This document shows, piece by piece, positions 37,470 through 49,502 of a DNA stretch of 64,000 nucleotides (within the stretch, counting starts at the first letter, position 1; each line of letters opens with the position of its first letter). The stretch is from Lama glama (lineage: Eukaryota). The DNA lies in the NCBI GenBank assembly GCA_028534125.1, contig CM052817.1, positions 22,384,001 to 22,448,000 of the forward strand, in the 5' to 3' direction. The notes under the pieces were generated by a model. The model saw only the letters and a program-made list of their open reading frames with translations. It made no database searches and was not told the origin of the DNA. The translations under genes and the position numbers were made by a program.

Positions 37470-38030
37470 TTTATTCCACTTATCTGTTGCTGAAGAGAAA
37501 ACCACTTGAATGCTTAGTGGCTGAAAACAACAACAATTAATTATTTTGCTCACAAATCTGCAATTTGAACACAACATGGGGAAAAGGTTTGTCTATTCAC
37601 GCAGTATCAGCTGAGGCAACTTAATGGAGGATTAGAAGATCCACTTCCAAGATGGCTTGCTCCCAGGGCTGGCAAGTATGTGTTGGCTATTAGCTGGATC
37701 TCAGATGTGGCTGAAGGCTTGAAGCTTTGTTCCAACCCATGTGGCTTGGAGTTCTTTGGAGTATGGTGGCTGTGTTCTGATGGTAGTTATTTCCAGAGAG
37801 AGAAAGAGAGAGAGACAGATGGGAACTCTATTGACTTTAATGGTTCAGCCTTGGAAGTTACACATCTTCATTTCTGCCAGACTCTTAATGGGGTAATCAC
37901 AAAGGTTGGCCCAGGTGCAAAGAAAATGGACATATGCTCCACCTCTTGATTATGAAATGGGAAGTTTCCAAAAGACCATATGAAACAGGAAATATTTTTA
38001 TGACTAGTTTGATAAATTATAAATTAAACA
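37470..38030 (-). mobile_element. MLT1 (F/G/H-type) MaLR LTR
   Basis: cttagtggctgaaaacaacaac...gctcacaaatctgcaattt...agaagatccacttccaagatggct...cagccttggaagttaca. Confidence 0.8.
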
Positions 38031-39049
38031 TAAATAATTATGTTCCAAAAATTTCACTGGGAGAAAATATAACTAAGATATTAGAGATCCCATAATAAAA
38101 ATAAACTTAGATATGAAAGGCACAGGGTAGCTATGGGAATATTTTCTAGCATAAAATTTATTTTGCTTCTAAAGAATAATATTAATACATTCTCTGTGCT
38201 TAATTATTCAGTCTATATATTCCATGCCATTTTGACCTATTAATTTAGAGTTACATATAAGTCATTGTTTGTTGTCCCAAAATACATAAAGTTGATAAAC
38301 AATATAAAGCTACAGGGATCCATATAACCCTGAATATCATGGTCAGGAGATGGTTACTGAAATAATTTCAATAATTTCAAGTCAATCATATACATGAAGA
38401 AAGGTATCATTGAATACCTTTGTTACTGCTTCTATCTTAAAAGTCCATCCAGCAGGGGCAAAACAAATTTTCTTTATCATCATCTTTAGGAAGCAAGAGC
38501 AAAATGTTTCTCATCCTTGAGTTGGAGCTTTTACTTACTTTCTACTTATCTCATCATCTTCCCTACAATTTCATAAGCTGAAAAATGAACCCTCCCAGAA
38601 ATAAAACACAGCTGTTGTGATTACATTCAGTAAGTCCAAAATAGATATTACCACATTTATTTACTGTAAAGGCTCAGTAATGTTTCCGAGAAAGCTGCGA
38701 GGAGAAAAGGGAACTAATGTTAAAATGATGAAAAGTCTGAATTACAGAATATATTTTACAGAAATTATTGACATATATGCATTAATTACACAAAATGCTA
38801 ATGAAGTGTTTCTGACTCTATATTAAAGGTAAGAATAATGACTTCATCAGTTTTACTGAGATAATTATTAATTAGACTACAAATTTATTGCATTAATATA
38901 TGACAGAGCACCTATTATGTGCAAGTAAGTCATTGCTGAGTTGAGATGAGTTTTCTGAAAAAAAAAATTAGAGGCTATTTCTAGACCACTAGAGATACAT
39001 TTACAAGATAACAAATGAGACCATTTGGAGGTAAATAAGCACTTTCAAA

Positions 39050-39250
39050 TCTACTAACCACTATGTATAAAATAGATAAACAACAAGTTTATACTGTATG
39101 GCACAGGGAACTATATTCAATACCTTGTAGTAATCTATAATGAAAAAGAATATAAAATGAGTATATGTATGTATATGTATAACTGAACTATTATGCTGCA
39201 CCCCAGAAACTGACACATTATAAACTGACTATACTTTAATTTAAAAAAAA
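39050..39250 (+). mobile_element. Cetartiodactyl-type L1 3' end
   Basis: ctatgtataaaatagataaacaacaag...gcacagggaactatattcaatacc...aactgactatacttt + A tail. Confidence 0.88.
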
Positions 39251-39436
39251 GAGAAAATATGTTCCTAGGTTTTAGAAATTTAAAAAAAGCAGTTATAAGT
39301 TAGTATAACATCAATATCAAAACTCCCTAAAATTAAAAATTAAATAAAAGGATCTTATGGATCATAAAATGCTTGAGATAAATGCTATTTTTCTCTCCTT
39401 TTCTCATCCTTTCTGGACCACTTAATAATTTTTTTG

Positions 39437-39905
39437 ATCCATTGTTTTTTCAATAACATATTGTTTAATCTCCATGCTTTTCTTTTTTTCTCCGTTGTTG
39501 ATTTCCACTTTCATGGCATTGTGGTCAGTAAAGATGCTTGAGATAATTTCTATCTTCTTAAATTTGTTGAGGTTTCTTTTGTGTCCAAGTACATGATCGA
39601 TCATGGAAAATGTTCCATGTGCACTTGAAAAGAATGTATATTCTACTTTTTGGGGGTGTAAAGCTCTGAAAATATCCACCAAATCTAGTTTTTCTATTGT
39701 AGTATTTAATTTCTCTGTTGCCTTGTTTATTTTCTGTCTGGAAGATCTGTCTAGTGATGTTAATGCATTGTTAAAATCTCCAACTATGATTGTATTCCCA
39801 TCAATATCCCCCTTTATCTCTGTTAGTAATTCTTGTATGTACTTAGGTGCTCCTATATTGGGTGCATATATATTAACGAGTGTAATATCTTCATCTTGTA
39901 TCACT
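39437..39905 (-). mobile_element. Young L1 ORF2 endonuclease-domain segment (inverted 5' part of a twin-primed L1)
   Basis: Open frame ITLVNIYAPNIGAPKYI...IIVGDFN...YTFFSSAHGTFSMIDHVLGHK...FTDHNAMK matches L1 EN motifs. Confidence 0.95.
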
Positions 39906-40405
39906 NNNNNNNNNNNNNNNNNNNNNNNNNNNNNNNNNNNNNNNNNNNNNNNNNNNNNNNNNNNNNNNNNNNNNNNNNNNNNNNNNNNNNNNNNNNNNNN
40001 NNNNNNNNNNNNNNNNNNNNNNNNNNNNNNNNNNNNNNNNNNNNNNNNNNNNNNNNNNNNNNNNNNNNNNNNNNNNNNNNNNNNNNNNNNNNNNNNNNNN
40101 NNNNNNNNNNNNNNNNNNNNNNNNNNNNNNNNNNNNNNNNNNNNNNNNNNNNNNNNNNNNNNNNNNNNNNNNNNNNNNNNNNNNNNNNNNNNNNNNNNNN
40201 NNNNNNNNNNNNNNNNNNNNNNNNNNNNNNNNNNNNNNNNNNNNNNNNNNNNNNNNNNNNNNNNNNNNNNNNNNNNNNNNNNNNNNNNNNNNNNNNNNNN
40301 NNNNNNNNNNNNNNNNNNNNNNNNNNNNNNNNNNNNNNNNNNNNNNNNNNNNNNNNNNNNNNNNNNNNNNNNNNNNNNNNNNNNNNNNNNNNNNNNNNNN
40401 NNNNN
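39906..40405. other. Assembly gap (500 N)
   Basis: Run of N. Confidence 1.
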
Positions 40406-40545
40406 AAATGTTATGATAAATCACAGAGAAAAAAATGTGACAATGAGTGTGTATATGTCCATGAATGACTGAAAAATTGTGCTGAACACTGGAATTTGAC
40501 ACAACACTGTAAAATGATTATGAATCAATAAAAAATGTAAAAAAA
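40406..40545 (+). mobile_element. Young camelid-type L1 3' terminus with poly(A)
   Basis: gtccatgaatgactgaaaaattgtgctgaacactggaatttgacacaacactgtaaaatgattat...aataaaaaatgt + A-run, followed by the TSD copy. Confidence 0.88.
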
Positions 40546-41559
40546 AATAATTTTTTTGCCTTTTTAAATAATATGATAGTTTTTTAATCATAAAAACAAA
40601 TGTAAAGTTACTTGCAACTTAAGAATGAACAAATAAATCAGACTTAACATGGGAACATTCAAAGTTCCTTAAAACTCTAACAATAAAAGAAATAGGAATA
40701 TTACGGCAATTGACAATTTTACAATAGAGCATGGAGAAACTTAAAATCTATTTTTTGAATATTTACTTTATTAATATCCGTTTATAAATTTTAATTGTTA
40801 TCTTTTCAGCAGTTAAACTTGGCAATTATATTTTCCTAAGTTTTAGTACAATTTTCTCAAGTTTGCAATTCAAAAAATAATAATGTGGTACTACAGTTCT
40901 TAATTCAACTTGCAATAAAATAATAAAGTGTTTTTTCTAATGTGTTTATCTAGGAAATAAACAAAAATAGCCTAAATTCACGTAAAAAGATCTTTGATTT
41001 AGAATCATAAGTGCTACATAACAAAGTTTATGGGACTGCAAATAATTGATATACAATAGAAAACTAGAATTAATTGGAATTTATTTTGCTGTGAATGACT
41101 AATAAATTACTATAATAAAATTAACTTAAATGTAAACTAGTAAGTTTAAACTATTTAAAATATGCCCCTTATATTATAAATTAGAAATAAAGAATAAATG
41201 AATTAATACAAATTTACACTGAATTCATTGTTTCTACATAAACAATATGAAGAGGAAAAAACTTTAAATGCAAGTAGGCTTTAAAAGTCATGTATGTATC
41301 CACGTGCACTAACTGAATTTCAGCACTGGGATTTAGATAATCTTGATATATTTCCCAACACCCGTACTGATAATACCTTGAGTCATCTGGTGATAGAATC
41401 ATAAAACCATGTCTTCAAATAATCGCTTACAATCATTTTTTTCAATGAATATGTTCATTTATATTGATGCCAAGAAAATAGATGAAAACAAGATTGATGA
41501 AATCTTTCCTCCGATAGGAGAGCAGGAAAATAAACCCATTAAAATATAATAAACACTAT

Positions 41560-42346
41560 TTCTGACCATGATGGAATAGTTAATATTAGACATATCCCAC
41601 ATAAACACTTATGATGTTGAGTAAAATATACAGAGCAACTGTTCTCAAGCATTGGACAATGGACTATGAAGAATGAACAGAGGCACTATTCTGAATTGAC
41701 CAAAATAAATATTTGAAGAGATAATGGCCACTTAGCCATTTTTTTCTAAATTAATAAAAGGTAAAACCACAGATCCATCAAGCTCATTATAGTTCAAGAA
41801 GGATTAAGCATGGAAATCACACCTGGGAACATAGTTAAATTGCTAAAAAAAAATGAAGATAAGGAAAAAAACTTTCTAAGAAAACTCTCCCCTCAAAATT
41901 CATATTATATGCAAGGGAATAATGTTATGAGCAGTAACTCTCATCTCATTAAAAACAGTGGAGGCCAGAAGACAAGAAAAAGCATTATTAAAGTGCTAAA
42001 AGAGGAAAAACAAAGGCAATTTAGAAATCCATATGCAGTCAAAATTTCCTTCAAAATTTAAGTAGAAATAAATACATATTTTTGACAAATGAGAGTTGGG
42101 GCACTAATTTTTTAATTATAAAAATAAAATTTAGGCTTAAAGGTTAAAGGAAAAAAATCAAAGTAGAAGTTGAGATTGTAAGAAAAAAAATATAGAGAAT
42201 CGCAAATAGTAAATATGTGAGTAAATACAAAATACTGTTATTTAAAAAAAGTATTAAAAATTTAAAAATAATAGCAAAGCACTCTGATGCATATAATATG
42301 CACAGAAATATATGAAAACAGTAGCACAGATGGGTAAAAACAATCA
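41560..42346 (+). mobile_element. Old L1 5'/ORF1 region
   Basis: ORF 41810-42061 ITPGNIVKLLKKNEDKEK...IIKVLKE...YAVKISFK resembles ORF1p. Confidence 0.7.
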
Positions 42347-43218
42347 AAGGCAGTCCTGATTGGTAAGCTGAAACTGCGCAGAGTGATCTTAAAAATTAAA
42401 TACATAAGGAAATGAAAAAAACCCTTCATATTTATTTAGTACATTTAAACTTCAAACAATAGTTTTTTTGTTTGTTTAAAAAAGTATAAATATAGTTTGA
42501 ACAGTTGTTCAGACCTTGTCTTCTTCTTGGCATATGACTTAGGATGTTGTTTGAGCATCTTTCTGTCTTTTCGAATTTGTGTCATAATACTTTCTAAGCA
42601 TGAAGAGGTTTTCTGTATTTTCCCCTTATACTTTAAATGTCATGAAATATCTCCAAAAGTTCCTTAATGTAAAGTTTTGCCAGAGTCTCTTACTCTGGGA
42701 CATCTTTATCCTTTTTGTCACAAAATTTTTAGGATTCTCTCATTTATATCAATAAATCACCTTCACTGAGTTTCCCTGGTTGCACACTGAATATCTCTCA
42801 GATTGTAGCAGTGTCAACATCCCTATGGTCAGCTATTTCTTCTATAACTTCTAATTTAATTGCAACATTGTAATTTTTAAATTTTTGCTACGTTCTCAAC
42901 TTTATTACTCAGTTCCTTCTTTTGGTCATCCATTTTGTAAACTGACACATGGTTTTATCATTGGAAGACAAGGAAGCAACCCGATTATATGATTTCCTGT
43001 CTGTGCATGAACCAAAAAGCAGTTGTGCAGTGGGCACTGATCATGAAACACACCTGTTACTTACATAGTGATTTGTGGACTGAAGAGCTGGCTAAGTTTA
43101 TTGTTTACTCACAGTTAATATGCTGCAGTATCTAAAATTTAAATGGTGCGTTGGGGCCTCATGCACATGGTAACAGAAATTCTTACATATCAGAGATGTG
43201 CAAAGCAAGGACTGCCTA
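42347..43218. mobile_element. Tigger-class (TcMar) DNA transposon, Tigger13a-like, nested in L1
   Basis: TIR cores AGGCAGTCCT (42348) and AGGACTGCCT (43208); interrupts collinear L1 sequence. Confidence 0.7.
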
Positions 43219-44460
43219 CATGTTCTTATTTCTTATATTGTTATAAGTCTTATAAGATTTTTATGTTGTACTAGAATGATCTAATACTAATTTATGATAG
43301 ATTGTGATAAGTTAAGAGTCTGTATTGCAGTCCTTCTAATACCACCAAAAATGTAATACAAACACGTATAGATAAAAATTTCATATGAAAGTTAAAATGC
43401 AATACTAAAAATAGTAAATAAATACTTGATTTATGCAAGCAAAGATAGGGAAAGATAAAAGTGTAGAGAAAATATAGAGAAAATAAATCACAAAATAGTA
43501 AACTTAATACCAATCATGTCAATAATTAAATTAAATTCAAATGTACTAAACATTACCTTTAAAAGACAGAGATTGCCAGTATGAATATAAAAATATCCAA
43601 CTGTATGGCTTTTACAGGAGATAAAATTTAAAGGGCACAGAGAAATTGAAAGGATGGGAAATGATGCACAATACAAAAACTAATGATTGTGGCCTAACTG
43701 GCATTAATATCCAATAAAGTAGTTATTACCAAAGATAACGATTTTTTATAATAACAAAAGGGTATATTCATCAGGAAGGCTAAATAGTCCTAAGTCTGTA
43801 TATATCTCATAACAGAGCTTTAAAATACATGTAACAAAAATTAAATATTGAAGATTTTAACACTAATTTCTCAGTATATTACTGAATAAGTAGACAAAAG
43901 TTAAGGATATAGAAATTAAAACTATCTGATTTTACCTAATTGGTATTTATGAGGCACCATATCCAACAAGGACAGAAATATACATTCTTTTTAAAGACAC
44001 AGGAAATATTCACCAATATAAACTACAGTCTGGAGCATAAAATGAATTTCAATAAGTTTCAAATAATTAAAAACTATATTAGAGATTTCAGGCTGAACCC
44101 AGTAAGCATAAACAAGAAAACTATAAAATAAAACCTAGAAATTTTCCAACTATTCAAAAATAAACAACCATATCCTAAATCCCTATGGGTCAAATAAGAG
44201 ATCAGCAGAAATCAGAAAATGTCTCATGCCAAATATTACTGAAAACAAAACTTCGCAAAATTTGTAGACATAATTAAAGTGGTACATAGAGGAAATTTTT
44301 ATACCTTAAGGTGTATAGATTAGGAGGAAAAAGGAGACCATTTAAAATCAACTATCTACATCTCTGCTACAAAAAGCTGGAAAAAGAAAAGCAGATGGAA
44401 ATAAATAAAATAGATTAAGATGAGAATAAATAGGAAAAATTCAAATTATTATAAGTCATA
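43219..44460 (+). mobile_element. Old L1, inter-ORF region and degenerate ORF2 endonuclease
   Basis: ORF 43940-44131 KYTFFLKTQEIFTNINYSLEHKMNFNKFQII is a decayed EN motif; continues the 41.6-42.3 kb element. Confidence 0.75.
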
Positions 44461-44479
44461 GGGAGAAAATAGAATTGCA

Positions 44480-44660
44480 AGATATGGTTAAGAGTGTATG
44501 GGGAGGGCAGAGATAGTCAGGGGAGGTCTCTCTAAGGAGATGACATTTGATTCAAGAACTGGGGGGGAAAAGGAGACAGTGGAAAATATATGGAGGCAGA
44601 TCATTCTAGGTAATTAGAACAACAGATGCAGAAGTCTGATGGAGCACACGAAAAACTCAA
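44480..44660 (-). mobile_element. L2 3' fragment
   Basis: gtcaggggaggtctctctaaggagatgacatttga...cattctaggt...aacagatgcagaag. Confidence 0.7.
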
Positions 44661-44662
44661 CT

Positions 44663-44962
44663 TGTGAAGCAAGAAGAACCGCTCAATACGTACCTACATG
44701 CACACTTATGCTTGTGTACCTGTGCTCTCCAGACACGTGCTAGATGTCTGCCGCCCCTTCAGCATGGGTCCCAGAATGGGTCACGTGGGACACAGTTCGA
44801 CCTGACCCAAAGTCTGGAACCAAACTCAGCTGACCCACATCTTGAAACAAATTTGCACCAGTACACCTATAAGCAGATAAATAATAGTTTTGTTTTGGTA
44901 AACCACTGAGATTTGAGGTGATCCATTATGCAGTATTCCTGCAGGAATAACTCTCTAATACA
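44663..44962 (+). mobile_element. Old MLT1 (K/L-type) LTR 3' part
   Basis: taaaccactgagatttgaggtg...ttatgcag...ctaataca terminus. Confidence 0.7.
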
Positions 44963-46838
44963 AATGGCAGCCATGCAGGGTAGTGATTTGAAATGAAGAG
45001 TGGGAATGTAACTTAATTATATAATATCAGGTGATAGTGGAATATACAATGGTTTGGAGAGTTGTTCTTAGACTTTGAGGTACGTGAGAATCTCCCTGAA
45101 AACTTAAAACCTATGTTTAATGGCTTATCCCTTAGAGATTATTATTCATTTGATCTGCCTTGGGGATTAGTAATCTATTTTTTAAAAAATATTATCCACA
45201 TTGATCCTGATGCAATTATTTACCTAAGCACATTTGTATTAAGTAAGCAAAGTGACAGAATGCATTTAAGAAGCATAAAGCATACCATTTGTCTTCACAG
45301 TCTTGAAATATTTTATTTCTTGGGCAGATAAATATTAGAAGTGAATGTACACTTGCTTCCCCCTTTATTTTTTGTTTGGGTAAACGCTTGGTTTCACAAA
45401 AGTGAAATAAGTATATTTTGATTAATTTGGAATATCTATGGGCAGCTTCATTTCAAATATTGCTTCCCCTGAGTAATTTCTGACCCTGCTTGTCTGATCA
45501 AGTTTTTATGACTGGAATCAGGATTTCAACCGGCTTCTTTGCAGATGTTCTTCTTTTCTGACCTTCTGAGGTTGGGTTAAATCAGCTGGTCAACGTTATT
45601 TACCCCACGGTTTGGAATTGTTATCATTTATTCTCATGCTGTCTGTATTTTCAATTACGGAAGCAGATTTTGCCCAAAATGTGGTCTGGAAAGTTCACGT
45701 AGTTCACAGGTACCACTTGTAGAGATGCAGAGATCCGCCACTTCTATTTTCTTTTCATATAAAAAGCCTCTAATTTTATGCAATAACTTTTTAGAAACAC
45801 TCTCATTCTCCCATTTTCTAGCAGCAGAAGACTTGGTTGCTACAGTTTTGAAATAAGAGCCTTTGACTTTCAAATTTGAATTTTGGAAAATCAGTCGCTG
45901 CTAGCAAGCCTTCTGTGTTTTATTCTATTGCTTTTTCCCTCTTTTTGTTCTTTATACCATTCCACAATATGGGATTCATAATATGGTGAGTTATGTATTT
46001 AACAACACCCATGACTTCATCATAGGTTATTTCATTGTCTTTCACTGTTCATAACATCTAATAATTCTGAGTAACAATAAGCCAACAGAATACCAACACT
46101 GTACCAAAATAATGGATGGAAGCCCGAGATAGGAGTAACTGTTTGCTTTACAATCACTGTGCTTCTCTTTGTGAGCTGACAGTTCATTGACTAAAGCATT
46201 AATCACAACCTCTCTCTGTCCTCCTCGGCAGTGGTTTAGGATAATAGAGAATCATCAGGTGAGGTCATTTGAATCCACAATGTGAAATATAAAGGCCAAA
46301 GTATTCTGGGTAATAAAATGTGATTATTAAATTCTTGTACAAAGGATAGCACTTTGATGGAAACGTATTATATTACTTTAGGCTACAGACCATTGTCACG
46401 GATACAAGGAGACATGAGGACACACGCACCTGGGGAAATCAGTATCTATTTTAGTGGACTATTCTTCCAAACTCAATTTCCTGCAATAATGACCATCTAG
46501 ATCCCTATACTAAGATACAGTTCTGCTCATCATGGTCTCCTTGAAAAGTCTGATTGAATATGCTTTCAGCTCTTTTTCCTAAACAAATTCCCCTTTGGAC
46601 TCTGCTTTCTAGAGTGCAATTCAGTTCCCACAAATACTTCTATTTATTACTTTAATAGATTCTACCTTCCCAAACACCTTGTCTGAACTAAAATTAAGAA
46701 TGTGCTCACCACTGAATGTAAAAGGACATTCCGCCTTGTTAATATCTCTAAGGCAAGAAAGGAAGAAAGGGCTTTCTTTCCATTATTTAGTAAGTTTAAT
46801 TAGTGTAACTAGCAAAATAGACTAATTTAAATAGTTTA

Positions 46839-46988
46839 GGGAGGGTACAGCGCAGTGGTAGAGGGTATGCTTAGCATGTATGAGGTCCTGGGTTCAGTCC
46901 CCAGTACCTCTGGTAAAAAATAAATAAACCTAATTAAAAAATTAAATACACCTAATACCCATCCCCGCAAAAAACCCAAATTTTAAAA
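46839..46988 (+). mobile_element. tRNA-derived SINE, camelid Vic-1-like
   Basis: gggagggtacagcgcagtggtagag (A box)...gaggtcctgggttcagtcccc (B box), A-rich tail with aacctaatt. Confidence 0.85.
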
Positions 46989-47049
46989 TAATTTAAATCC
47001 TTACAATTAGTTTAAAATAAAGTGGGTTGGTAATTTATATTTACTATAA

Positions 47050-47755
47050 AGCACTGAACACTTCCTGAGGACTCTTTATGTGCTGGGAGCTATTTTATGG
47101 CAACGGTTTATGGTATTTGAACTCCTGATATTTAATTGGATACATAAATAATCAGACTAGGATCACATTGTCCAGCTTTCTTGCAGGCAAGTGTACTATG
47201 TGACCAAATTTGGGCCAATGGGAAATGGTTGGGCAGAAGTCACACAGAACTTTTTAGGAAACTTGCGAAACCTTCGTTCCCTTCTCATGTGTTGTTCCTT
47301 CCCGGAACTGGATGTGAACTGAATGTAAACACAGTGGCAGGAGAAGGAGCAGAAGTGTTGGATCATGATTTGGTTTTCAGGGGAAAGTCTGGGTGACCAT
47401 GAACTTTATGAAGCAGAACTGCCGCATCAGCACTAGGTTGCTTGATTCCAAATGACGCTAAACTTCGACATGAAAGGCAAACGAGCTTTATTGTGTGTTT
47501 GCTTGTTTTAAGTCACCGTTATTCTGGATCTCTAGCATGCTTTGCTGAACACAACCCCAGCTTATGTTATACATACGGTATCTCATTTAATGCTCAAAAC
47601 ATAACTCTACAGTAAGAACCGTTAGTATCCCTATTCTACAGTTAAAGAGACTCAAGCATAGGAGATGGATGAAGTTTTTCTATGTCTTATAGCTAACAAA
47701 TAGAACAGCCAGGTCTGTCCAGGTGGTCTGATTCTGGAGACCATGCTTTTAGCAA
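47050..47755 (-). mobile_element. MIR interrupted by an MLT1J-like LTR (about 47100-47570, plus strand)
   Basis: MIR pieces ctttatgtgctgggagc and atctcatttaatgctca...ccctattctacag flank LTR sequence ccagctttcttgcagg...tgtgaccaaatttgggccaatgg...ttttaagtcaccgttatt. Confidence 0.7.
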
Positions 47756-48155
47756 GTATAGAAGATTGTCTTGCTTCTTAAACCCCACACCCTTCTGGGC
47801 TGTGAAGCTGCAGACTCATTCTTTGCTGTTCTTACACATCACTATTACAATGTTCAGAAATGTCAACACCTAAGATGGAAAGGAAAGATATTTCAGCTAC
47901 AAAGTAGCTGAGAAATTTTCTTTCAGATACTCCAGGTTGTTTTTTTTTCTCTGTATCAATAGGCTCATAGCTGTCAACTTGAGCTTTAAAGAAATGGCAT
48001 TGTTCAGATTCCTGTCATTCCCCTTGAGCTTGAAAATGACACTTAGTACCTGACCATCCACTAACAGGCATTAGCCTTTTCCCAGACTGAATCCTGAAGA
48101 ACAACAAGCAATCTACATAAGGTGCTTGAGATTCTGAAATATAGGTGCTATTTTT

Positions 48156-48270
48156 CTTTCAGAGGTGGGGGCAATTAGGCTTATTTTTTTTAATGGAAGT
48201 ACTGGGGATTGAATCCAAGACCTCGTGCATGCTAAACACACGCTTTACCACTGAGCTATATCCTCCCCTG
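48156..48270 (-). mobile_element. tRNA-derived SINE, camelid Vic-1-like
   Basis: tactggggattgaatccaagacctcgtgcatgctaaacacacgctttaccactgagctatatcctcccc; TSD GTGCTATTTTT at 48145-48155 and 48276-48286. Confidence 0.88.
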
Positions 48271-48657
48271 CACAAGTGCTATTTTTAAAATAATGATTTT
48301 ATTGTTTAGTTTTTCTTATTACAACCATAACATGTGGCCATGTGACATATTTTCATATGGATCAGCAACATTAACTAAGCAAACATGTCATTTATTAATG
48401 AGCTTAGACTTCCCCACTATCTCACCCTAATTATTGCTTGTCCCTAGATTTGCATGTGTTTGCTTTAGTATCTTTGTGTCTGAATCTCATGATGGGAGTA
48501 TCAAAAAGGAAATTTGACCTAGAAGAAGTATAACTACACTGAAGGAAATATTTAGAGTGCCAGAACTCTTCTCCAGCAATGATTACACTAGACTAGACAT
48601 CAATTGCTATCACAATCCAGAAGCCCACACATTAATTCAGACTAAATGCTTTAGATC

Positions 48658-49502
48658 CTGACTGCCTCTCTCATCTGTGGCAATGACATTCCCAGATGCC
48701 CAGTGGATGCCTGAAACCGCAGACAGTACCAAACCCTCTATATACTATGTTTTTTTCTGTAAATACATACCTATGTTAAAGTTTAATTTATAAATTAGGC
48801 ACAGTAAGAGATTAATAATAAATAATAATAAAATACATCAATTATAATAGTATACTGTAATAGAAGTAATGGGAATGTGTTTTCTCTGTCTCTCAAAATA
48901 TCTTATTGTACAAATTTAAAGCCTTTTCCATTTTAACTAAGCACTTATCACACTCTGGGGTTATACCTTTTTGCAGTTTGAGATGCAATAGTAAAATTAG
49001 CATAAATTAATTTTTCCTTTTTTACAATTTCACAGATAGAAGATTTGTTCTTACTGGACATCTTACCAACCTCAGCATACAATTTTTTTCTTTGCTTGTT
49101 AAGCTGAGAGCATTCATCTTTTCACTTAAAAGAAGCTTTCTATGGATTTTCTTTGGCATATTCCAATTGCCAGCATCACTACTTTTGTGCTTTGGGGTTA
49201 TAATTAAATAAAATAAGAGTGACCTGGACATAAGCACTGCAGTACCTTATCAGTCAATCTGATAACTGAGATGGCTACTAAGTGACTGATAGGTATATCA
49301 TGATGGATAAAGGGCTGATTCACATCCCAGATGGGATGGGGTGAAATGGCAAGAGATTTTATCATGTGACTCAGAACAGTGTACAATTTAAAACTTGTAG
49401 ATTTTTTATTTCTAGAATTTTCCATGTAATATTTTTGGAGTGCTGTTGACTTTAGTAACTGAATCCTCAGAAAGTGAACCCACAAATAAGGGGAGAATAT
49501 TA
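48658..49502 (-). mobile_element. MER44/Tigger7-type DNA transposon deletion derivative
   Basis: Both termini recognisable; minus ORF 49022-49237 has PKHKSSDAGNWNMPKK..KLLLSEK, like a Tigger transposase N-terminus. Confidence 0.88.

Noticed and set aside
38449..38461. CTCF-like motif CCAGCAGGGGCA
   Set aside because: One G short of the CCASYAGRKGGC core spacing; no supporting context
39603..40502. Long ORFs of 289, 211 and 203 aa
   Set aside because: Artefacts of translating through the 500-N gap; the real parts are antisense or off-frame L1
46839..46912. tRNA-like sequence with A and B boxes (also at 48195-48268, minus strand)
   Set aside because: Degenerate stems and A-rich tails, with a clear TSD on the second copy, identify them as SINEs rather than tRNA genes
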